NCBI GenBank assembly: GCA_937992175.1
Contig: CALKLF010000030.1
Span: 1,367-65,366, forward strand
DNA: 64,000 bases
Direction: 5' to 3'
From: an uncultured Fimbriimonadales bacterium
GTDB lineage: Bacteria; Armatimonadota; Fimbriimonadia; Fimbriimonadales; GBS-DC
The notes below the pieces were generated by a model. The model had not been told where the DNA came from and did not search any database. It saw only the letters and a list, made by a program, of their open reading frames with translations. Positions 1 to 6,858 of the stretch are shown piece after piece (the first letter of the stretch is position 1; every line of letters begins with the position of its first letter). The translations under genes were made by a program, and so were the position numbers.

Positions 1-180
1 GTCACCATCCCGTCGGGCAAGCCGCACGCGATGACTTCGAACCTCCTCGCACCGCTGGTGATTAATACAGAGTTGCGCATAGGACGGCAGGTGATTTTAG
101 ATGACGAGCGCTATCACACGCGCCATCCAATATTGCAAGAGATGTGGCGCACAACGCAGGCGGCGGAAGCCGCGGGCTAA
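1..180 (+). CDS. fliW: flagellar assembly factor FliW, C-terminal fragment (5' end outside window)
   Basis: Frame 1 is open from the window edge to TAA 178-180. The translation ...NLLAPLVINTELRIGRQVILDDERYHTRHP resembles the FliW C-terminus. It lies directly upstream of csrA, the conserved fliW-csrA pairing. Confidence 0.7.
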   Translation, partial: VTIPSGKPHAMTSNLLAPLVINTELRIGRQVILDDERYHTRHPILQEMWRTTQAAEAAG

Positions 181-207
181 CCGTTCACGCCAGGGAGGGC
201 TGTTTGT

Positions 208-441
208 ATGTTAGTTCTTACGCGCAAGGTTAATCAGAGCATCATGATTGGGGACAATATTGAGGTCGTCGTGCTGGAGGTGCGCGGCGAGCAGGTGCGC
301 CTGGGCATCAAAGCGCCGCGTGATGTGACGGTGCATCGGCGCGAGATTTACGAAGCCATCCAGAAAGAGAACCTCTTGGCGGCGCAGGCGCAGCCCGAGG
401 ATGTGCCCGCGCCGAAAAAACAGGTGAAAAGCGCGTCATAA
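208..441 (+). CDS. csrA: carbon storage regulator CsrA
   Basis: [48 protein letters not shown] is the canonical CsrA sequence. GGAGGG lies upstream of the ATG. Confidence 0.95.
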   Translation: MLVLTRKVNQSIMIGDNIEVVVLEVRGEQVRLGIKAPRDVTVHRREIYEAIQKENLLAAQAQPEDVPAPKKQVKSAS

Positions 442-473
442 GTCCCTTTTGGTATGGAATATTCCCCCATGCC

Positions 474-1226
474 ATGAAACCGGTGGTGAAGGCGCTGGCA
501 GTGGGGTTAATTGCCGCAGGGGTGGGAGTGGCTGTAGGCAGGATGCTCGCCCCACAACCGAAGCCGATTCCCACGGAACCGCTCGGCAAGCTGCAATACG
601 GCAACGAACTGTTCGCCAAAGGCAAGCTGCTCCCCCCGCCTGTTGACGAAATGACACGCTACACGCTGGAAACCGAGGGACAAAAGCCGTTCGCGATTGT
701 GGTCTCCTGCTCCGACTCGCGCGTGCCGCCCGAACTGATTTTCAATCAGGGGTTGGGACAGCTCTTCGTAGTGCGCGTGGTGGGCAACATCATCAACGAG
801 GAAAACCTCGCCTCCATCGAGTACGCGGTGGAACACCTCAAAGCCCCTCTGATTGTCGTGCTGGGGCATACGCAATGCGGCGCGGTCAAAGCAGCGGTTT
901 CGGGCAAGCACCTGGAGGGGCACTTGCCTCACCTGATTGAGCATATCGCGCCTGCCGTGCGCTATGTGCGCTCTACTCACCCTCACCTGAAAGACGAGGC
1001 TTTAGTCGAGCGCGTGATTCAGGAGAATGTGCGCTATGTAATTCAAAACATTTATCAACGCAGCGCAATCGTTCGCAAACACTACGAGCTGGGCAAGCTG
1101 GAGTTCGCGGGGGGCGTGTATCACTTACGCGAGGGCAAGGTCGAGTGGCTGAAGTTGCCTGAGATGCTGAGTGGAAATCCTGCAGGTGGCAAACCAAAGG
1201 GGGAAGCCCGCAACGCTCACCACTAA
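474..1226 (+). CDS. beta-class carbonic anhydrase with N-terminal membrane/signal segment
   Basis: CSDSRV and HTQCGAV zinc-ligand motifs (Cys-Asp-Arg ... His-x2-Cys). Hydrophobic N-terminus. Confidence 0.88.
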   Translation: MKPVVKALAVGLIAAGVGVAVGRMLAPQPKPIPTEPLGKLQYGNELFAKGKLLPPPVDEMTRYTLETEGQKPFAIVVSCSDSRVPPELIFNQGLGQLFVVRVVGNIINEENLASIEYAVEHLKAPLIVVLGHTQCGAVKAAVSGKHLEGHLPHLIEHIAPAVRYVRSTHPHLKDEALVERVIQENVRYVIQNIYQRSAIVRKHYELGKLEFAGGVYHLREGKVEWLKLPEMLSGNPAGGKPKGEARNAHH

Positions 1227-1377
1227 ATCAGTAGCTATGGCTTAAGCGACGGTGGAAGCATACCTGCGCTTTTTTGCCCCACCGCCCTTCCCGCAAGGCA
1301 GGAGGGGAGGTGAGGACAAACGCAATCGAAGCGGTTTCTCGCTATGCATCCGCTGTATTTCGCATTGGAAACATATG

Positions 1378-1848
1378 TCAGTGTTTCACAAACTCTGGCT
1401 TCTCATCTTTGAGCGACTTGATGTAGGCGATCAGCTGCTTAATTTGCTCCTCCTTCAAGTAGCTATACGGCGGCATCGAAGGCGGGTAGCCCGCCACGAG
1501 CTGCTTATTCGGATTCACGATCGACTCACGCAGGTACTCCTCGTCCGCTGTCACGGTAGAGCCGTCCTTGAGTTTCACCTGAGAGCCGTACAGCCCACGC
1601 AAATCGGGATAGTCCTTGCCGACTGTCGGACTCATATGGCAGGCGTTGCAGCCTGTTTGCATAAACACCAACTTGCCTTTCGCCGCTTCGGGGTCAACGG
1701 CTTTCGCAGGGGTCGCCGTGCTGGTAGGCTTAGTCTCTGCCGTCCCGTTGGGAGAGGGCGCGCTCTGATTGGCACAGCCCACAAAAAGCGCCGCAATCGT
1801 CATCAGTGAAACGCCGTAGCCCATCCATCGTAGCCATCGCATCGTCAT
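1378..1848 (-). CDS. c-type cytochrome (lipoprotein-like signal)
   Basis: CNACH heme-binding motif (CxxCH). Signal with a LFVGC lipobox-like site. AAGGAGG lies 6 nt upstream of the ATG on the minus strand. Confidence 0.8.
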   Translation of the reverse strand: MTMRWLRWMGYGVSLMTIAALFVGCANQSAPSPNGTAETKPTSTATPAKAVDPEAAKGKLVFMQTGCNACHMSPTVGKDYPDLRGLYGSQVKLKDGSTVTADEEYLRESIVNPNKQLVAGYPPSMPPYSYLKEEQIKQLIAYIKSLKDEKPEFVKH

Positions 1849-1907
1849 AGTGCGCCTCCTTGTCGACTCATTAGACCATATTGGTTAACTGACCAATTTA
1901 TACCCGA

Positions 1908-1936
1908 TTGGACGCCGTTTTGTCAAGGGGTATAAT
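1908..1936 (+). promoter_or_regulatory. sigma70-like promoter of folK (near-leaderless)
   Basis: TTGGAC 1908-1913, 17-nt spacer, TATAAT 1931-1936. The ATG is at 1946, only 9 nt after the -10 box, and there is no SD. Confidence 0.6.
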
Positions 1937-1945
1937 CCCTCACGC

Positions 1946-2461
1946 ATGGCGGCGAAGGTCTATCTCAGTCTCGGTTCGAATCTGGGCGACCGTCTGGCGA
2001 ATCTGCAGGACGGCGTGCGCCGTCTGCGGGCGCATGGGGTGTTCCCGTTTCAGGTTTCGCGGGTGTACGAGACGGTTCCCGTTGGCGAGACCCCCGACCC
2101 GCGCCTGTACCTGAATCTGGGCGTGTGGGCGGAGACGGAACTCGCACCGCATGCTTTACTGGACGCCGTGAAAGCCGTTGAAGCGGAGCTGGGACGCACT
2201 TTCACGGAAGGACGCTGGATGCCCCGCCCGCTGGATATCGATATTATCCTGTACGACAACCTGACGCTGGCGACGCCGACGCTGACAATCCCCCATCCGC
2301 GCATGCGCGAGCGGGCGTTCGTGCTGATTCCCTTCTCGGAGATGGCGCCCGACTATGTTTTGCCCGATGGGACACCGTTGCAGGAGTTGCTGCACGACCC
2401 GCGTATTCAAAGTCAGGAGGTGCGGGTGTACGATGCCGATTTATCGTTATCAAGCCGTTGA
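1946..2461 (+). CDS. folK: 2-amino-4-hydroxy-6-hydroxymethyldihydropteridine diphosphokinase (HPPK)
   Basis: YLSLGSNLGDR N-terminus and PHPRMRERAFVLIP motif, both typical of FolK. Confidence 0.9.
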   Translation: MAAKVYLSLGSNLGDRLANLQDGVRRLRAHGVFPFQVSRVYETVPVGETPDPRLYLNLGVWAETELAPHALLDAVKAVEAELGRTFTEGRWMPRPLDIDIILYDNLTLATPTLTIPHPRMRERAFVLIPFSEMAPDYVLPDGTPLQELLHDPRIQSQEVRVYDADLSLSSR

Positions 2462-3692
2462 TTCGGGGGGGCGTGTCGTCGCAGGGGAACTGAGCGCGGC
2501 GGATGTGCAGCAGGCGCAGCAGATTCTGTGGCGGCAGGGGTTGCGGGTGGTGATGTTGGCGGCGACGCCATCCGTCGTGTCGGCGTCGCCGCCGACGACG
2601 CTTGGGCGGGACGCCCAAGCCACGAGCTGGGAGCGTTCCCGCGTTTCGCCTCACGCGATGGCGGTGTGGCTGCTGCAGCTGCGCGCGATACTCAAGGCGG
2701 GGATGACGCCCGCGAACGCCTTCCAGAGCCTGAGCCAGCGCACGCCCCATAAAGGACTCCAGCGCGCCAGCCTCGAAATCGCTCACGATGCTGCGCAGGG
2801 CGTCGCCCTCTCCGACTCGATGCGCAAGTTCCCCGAGCTGTTCCCTGCTTTCGTGGTGGGCGCGTTCCGCGCGGGGGAGCAAGGAGGCTACCTCCCCGAC
2901 ATGCTGGACAGGCTCATCGACTACTACGAACAACATCGCACAGTGCGCCGCTGGTCACTGCTCTTGCAGGGCTGTTTGTGGCAGGCGGCGCTACTCCTGC
3001 CGCTGATTGCGCCGTTAGGGATTGGCTTTACCTGGGGCTTGCGCGATTTTATGGGCGGCGATTCGATGAACGCGCTGCAGGCGATTCTGGGCGGGTTCGG
3101 CAAGGCGTTCCTGCGCTACGGCTTGCCCGCGCTGCTGCTGATGGTGGCGCTGATACTGCTGGGCTATCTGGTTTCGGGCAGCGAACGGCTCGCGGCGCGC
3201 CTACGCTTGAGTGGGCTGGGCTTTTTCGTTTACGCCGACTGGATCCGCGCCCAGTCGCTGGAGCAGTATCTGTTTCATTTGGGGCGTCTGACGCAGGCGG
3301 GTATTTACCCTGCAACCGCGCACAACCTGGCGGCGAGCGCCATCCCGAACCGCGCACTGGCGGAGGCATTGCTGAAAGTTGACCTCGGACGCGCGGAGGG
3401 TGCAGCCCACATCGACGCCGCGCTGGAACGCTCAGGGCTGTTCCCGATTGAAGAGATTATGATGGCGCGCACGGGCGTGCAGACAGGCGAGCTGCCCCAC
3501 ATCCTGCAAATGCTGGCGGCATGGTATCGCGAACGCGCCGAAAGCAACCTGCGTCAGCTCCCCCGCGTCTTTATGCGCCTGATGTTCTTGATTAGCCTGC
3601 TCGCCTTTGGCATCGCGATAATCAGCTTCGTGTGGGGCTACTATGGCAACATCTTTCGAACCGTGGACGAGTTCATGGGCGTGGGCGAGTGA
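2433..3692 (+). CDS. type II secretion / type IV pilus platform protein (GspF/PilC family)
   Basis: Starts MPIYRYQAVDSGGRVVAGEL..., the typical GspF N-terminus. AGGAGG at 2415-2420. Polytopic membrane protein of about 419 aa. Overlaps the folK 3' end by 29 nt. Confidence 0.8.
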   Translation: MPIYRYQAVDSGGRVVAGELSAADVQQAQQILWRQGLRVVMLAATPSVVSASPPTTLGRDAQATSWERSRVSPHAMAVWLLQLRAILKAGMTPANAFQSLSQRTPHKGLQRASLEIAHDAAQGVALSDSMRKFPELFPAFVVGAFRAGEQGGYLPDMLDRLIDYYEQHRTVRRWSLLLQGCLWQAALLLPLIAPLGIGFTWGLRDFMGGDSMNALQAILGGFGKAFLRYGLPALLLMVALILLGYLVSGSERLAARLRLSGLGFFVYADWIRAQSLEQYLFHLGRLTQAGIYPATAHNLAASAIPNRALAEALLKVDLGRAEGAAHIDAALERSGLFPIEEIMMARTGVQTGELPHILQMLAAWYRERAESNLRQLPRVFMRLMFLISLLAFGIAIISFVWGYYGNIFRTVDEFMGVGE

Positions 3693-3712
3693 ATCTGTGG
3701 TATACTGGGAGC

Positions 3713-6280
3713 ATGCGAGTAACGGCGAAAGGGCTTCTGGGCTTGCTGATTTTGACGACACTGGGTTTTGCTTCGGCGCAGCAAAGGGTGGATTTTCGAT
3801 TCCACGACTCGGTTTCAGGACGCGCGCTTCCTGTGGAACTGACGCTCATTGACCAGGCAACGGGGCAGACCTATGGTTTTCGCGCGATGCTCGACGGGCG
3901 TTTGCAGGCGTTCCTGCCCGAGGGCGAGTACCTGCTCCATGCGCTCCACGAGGGATATCAGGCGGTCGCCGTCACGCTGGTCGTCCATGACGCTACGCCT
4001 CCGCATCGGTTTTATCTGGATCCCCTTTCGCCGCCTGTAGAGACCGACTGGCGATACCTGTGGGCGCAGCGCAAGCCGAACCAGATGATTGTGGTGGGCT
4101 TCATCACAGACGAGCAGACGGGGCAGCCGCTGGAGGGCGTGCGCGTGCGCGCGCTGAACCACGCAGGTGAAGCGTATACCGACGGGCGCGGACTGTTCTA
4201 TCTGCAGTTCCCCATCTACGACTTACAGGGCAAGGCGCAGCCCTACGCCACACTTGCGCTGGAGAAAGCGGGCTATCGGACGCTGCTGCTGGAGCAGGTA
4301 CAGCTCTGGAGCGAAGGCGACTGGATTTACAGGCTCACGATGCAGGCAGGAGCCAGCGTCGACGCGCGCGACATGCGTTCGCCTCGCCATCGTGAGAGCG
4401 AGCCGACTCAGCCGTGTGAGGAGTGTGGAAAACAGCCCTCACCTCCTGACCCCCTCTCCCACGGCGTGGGAGAGGGGGAGCCAAACGCCCCCTCTCCCAC
4501 GCCGTGGGAGAGGGGGTCGGGGGGTGAGGGCAATAGCGACTTCTTCCCCGCCGCGCCCGCGCCGATTGTGCTGCCCAAATATATCAAAGTTGGGCGCAAC
4601 TGCACCTCGCGCACCAACTGCCCCGGCGGCGTGGAGGTCTACACGCTCGATACCTACTGCAAGGGCGTGATTACCAGCGAATGGTACGCCTGCTGGGGGA
4701 ATGTACGCTACGGCAGTGAAAGCCCGCCCGCGGGGATGGAGTCGGTCAAGGCGGGCGCGGTCGCCGTGCGCAGCTATGCCGTCTCGTTCGTGTACAGCCC
4801 CATCAATAGCAGCTACGACATCTGCGACTCTACGGCGTGTCAGGTGTTCACAGGCAACCAGTCTTCCAACGGCAACGCGGCGGTGGACGCCACCCCGCGC
4901 TATGTGCTGCTTACAAGCTCAGGCAACATTGCCCGTGCAGAATACTCGGCGGAGAACAACAACGCGGGCTGCGGCGACGGCTTTTCGGGCACGGGCGGCA
5001 GCTGGCCCTGCATTGCCGACCCTGTCTGCACGGGATTCGCTTTCAACGGACACGGGCGGGGGCTATGTCAGTGGGGCTCCGCACGCTGGGCGACGGGCAG
5101 GCGACTTTCCAGCAGTCAGGCGTGTACCAGCAGCGCACCTCTCCACGGCTACGGAACCAAGAACTGGCAACAGATTCTGAGCCATTACTACGCGCCAGGG
5201 GGCTATCAGCTTGTGCAGGGCGGCGTTGCGACGATTCAGAGCCTTACTGTCAGTCCGAACCCTGTGCGCACAGGCGCTCAGGCGACGCTGGGCTTCACGA
5301 TTAGCGCAAGCCACGATTTTCCGGTGATGCTGGGTGCGTCGATACGGCTTGGCACAGGCAACTGGATTTCCGATGCGCCGCGCGACCTCAAAGTGAGCCT
5401 CGTCGAGGGCACGAACAACCGCTCGCGCTTCTTCCTCGTGCCCAGCGACGCCGTTGCAGGAACCTACGATGTGCTGACCGCGCTTTGGTTCGACCGCAAC
5501 AACAGCAACACGATTAACACAGGCGACTTCATGGTGGACGACCGCCTGTTCGCGGGGGCGATGCAGGTGCGCCGTGCGACCTCGATTAGCGTTCCGCTCG
5601 CCAGTGGGCGGCGCGGGCAGACGATTACCTTACAGGCGACGCTGCGCCAGACACTGGACAACGCTCCCCTCAGCGGGCGCACGCTCACTTTCAAGGTGAA
5701 CGACGCCGTCGTGGGCACAGCCGTCACCAACAGCGCAGGCGCGGCGACAATAAACTACACGATTCCGCTCAGCATGCCTACCGGACATCAGACCCTCCGC
5801 GTGGAGTTTGGCGGCGACGGTACTTACGCCGCCTCGTTTTCCACCAACACGCTCACCGTTGCGCCTGTTCGGGTACAGGGGCAGATTGCGTTGCAAGGCT
5901 TATCGAACCCGCAGGGTACGCCCGTGCGCTTCGTGTTGCAGGCGGGCAGTCAGCAACAGACCATCGACCTGAACCTGGGCGCGAACGGCGGTTATGCGTT
6001 CGACACTGCGCTCACCGGCGCGGCGACTGTGCGCGTCAGCACGCCCAACGGCGTCTGGCTCTGCAGCCAGCGCGACGCGATGCTCAGCAACCTCGTGACA
6101 CTCGACTTCCCGTTGACGGCGGGCGACCTGAATCAGGATGGGGTCATCGACGACGCTGATTTGCTGATGGTGCTGTTCGCGTTCGGCTCCAGCGACCCGC
6201 AAGCCGATGTGAACCGCGATGGCGTCGTGGACGATGCGGATCTGCTAATGATACTGTTCGCGTTCGGGCAGGGTTGCTGA
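3713..6280 (+). CDS. secreted SpoIID/LytB-domain protein with Ig-like repeats and C-terminal dockerin-like double repeat
   Basis: Signal peptide MRVTAKGLLGLLILTTLGFASAQQ. SpoIID-like block VKAGAVAVRSYA...YDICDSTACQVFTG. C-terminus DLNQDGVIDDADLLMVLFAFG...DVNRDGVVDDADLLMILFAFGQGC. Extended -10 TGgTATACT at 3698-3706, 6 nt before the ATG. Confidence 0.8.
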   Translation: MRVTAKGLLGLLILTTLGFASAQQRVDFRFHDSVSGRALPVELTLIDQATGQTYGFRAMLDGRLQAFLPEGEYLLHALHEGYQAVAVTLVVHDATPPHRFYLDPLSPPVETDWRYLWAQRKPNQMIVVGFITDEQTGQPLEGVRVRALNHAGEAYTDGRGLFYLQFPIYDLQGKAQPYATLALEKAGYRTLLLEQVQLWSEGDWIYRLTMQAGASVDARDMRSPRHRESEPTQPCEECGKQPSPPDPLSHGVGEGEPNAPSPTPWERGSGGEGNSDFFPAAPAPIVLPKYIKVGRNCTSRTNCPGGVEVYTLDTYCKGVITSEWYACWGNVRYGSESPPAGMESVKAGAVAVRSYAVSFVYSPINSSYDICDSTACQVFTGNQSSNGNAAVDATPRYVLLTSSGNIARAEYSAENNNAGCGDGFSGTGGSWPCIADPVCTGFAFNGHGRGLCQWGSARWATGRRLSSSQACTSSAPLHGYGTKNWQQILSHYYAPGGYQLVQGGVATIQSLTVSPNPVRTGAQATLGFTISASHDFPVMLGASIRLGTGNWISDAPRDLKVSLVEGTNNRSRFFLVPSDAVAGTYDVLTALWFDRNNSNTINTGDFMVDDRLFAGAMQVRRATSISVPLASGRRGQTITLQATLRQTLDNAPLSGRTLTFKVNDAVVGTAVTNSAGAATINYTIPLSMPTGHQTLRVEFGGDGTYAASFSTNTLTVAPVRVQGQIALQGLSNPQGTPVRFVLQAGSQQQTIDLNLGANGGYAFDTALTGAATVRVSTPNGVWLCSQRDAMLSNLVTLDFPLTAGDLNQDGVIDDADLLMVLFAFGSSDPQADVNRDGVVDDADLLMILFAFGQGC
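4435..4531. repeat. double GC-rich hairpin element (CCCTCTCCC...GGGAGAGGG family) embedded in frame in the CDS
   Basis: Two 12-bp-stem hairpins (ccccctctccca-cggcg-tgggagaggggg and its mirror) are flanked by the outer inverted repeat gccctcacc / ggtgagggc. Both strands translate to PLSHGVGEG / SPTPWERG. Confidence 0.85.
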
Positions 6281-6289
6281 ACAGGAGAT

Positions 6290-6418
6290 TCGGCGTCCCG
6301 CCGACGATTATAAGTCCTTCCCACGAAAAATGCTGCGGAAATGCAGGAGGGAAACGGCTGAGATTCCTCGCTTCGCTCGGAATGACAACCGTTGTCATTC
6401 CGGCGAAGCGAGATTCCT
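6290..6418. repeat. composite intergenic repeat (tcggcg-tcc-cgccga hairpin, 'aagtccttccc' module and 'SLGMT' inverted repeat)
   Basis: The 18-mer tcggcgtcccgccgacga recurs inverted at 28325-28344. gagattcctcgcttcgctcggaatgacaa...ttgtcattccg.gcgaagcgagattcc is an inverted repeat shared with 26774-26857, 33567-33773 and 34908-35020. Confidence 0.85.
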
Positions 6419-6648
6419 GTCTACGAGGTTGTTATCCCCGTCGCTCGCCCCGAAGATTTGCTAATAATGAAGTCAATCGTTCAACGCTCGATAGACCTCG
6501 TCGATATCCACTCAGATTGACCTGCAGCATGTGCGCTACTGGGTGGAGCAATTCGCAGAGGCGTTAGAGGAGCCTGATTTGTGGGCGAAAGTAGAGCCAT
6601 TGCTGTAGAAGGAATAATACCAATTGGGGTTTCAAATGTCGCATAGCT

Positions 6649-6693
6649 GCCCTCACCCCCTGACCTCCTCCCCCGCGACGCGGGAGATGAGGG
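6649..6693. repeat. half copy of the GC-rich hairpin family
   Basis: gccctcaccccctgacc + tcctcccccgcgacgcgggagatgaggg. Same leader (gccctcacc..ctgacc) as the 4435 element. Confidence 0.6.
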
Positions 6694-6858
6694 ATACGCG
6701 CAGCGTGGGAAATCGCAGGCGCGTCCCCCCCTCAAGTTGAGGCAACGCAATGTACCCTTATCAGGGGGGACAGGGGGATGAGGTTCAGGAAATCGGAAGA
6801 GGGCGCAGGGCGTTTGAACTCAGGTGTTGACCCTTGTCAGGGTATAATCCCCACTGCC

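Noticed and set aside
1252-1809. 185-aa plus-strand ORF between the carbonic anhydrase and folK genes.
   Set aside because: It is antisense to the cytochrome c gene, which has a CxxCH motif, a lipoprotein signal and a strong SD. It has no motifs of its own.
6274-6567. ORFs translating repeat DNA: 6274..6567, 26729..26989, 33651..33878, 34956..35267, 35047..35484, 4408..4617 and 28123..28398. Typical peptides are RFLASLGMT, VIPSEARNL, PLSHGVGEG and GVPPT.
   Set aside because: They coincide with multi-copy inverted-repeat elements and read similarly on both strands because of palindromy. They have no start context and no protein-like composition.
6827-6832. TTGACC as the -35 box for the tricorn-like gene promoter.
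   Set aside because: The spacer to TATAAT 6843-6848 is only 10 nt. The promoter more likely relies on the extended GGTATAATCCC -10 region alone.
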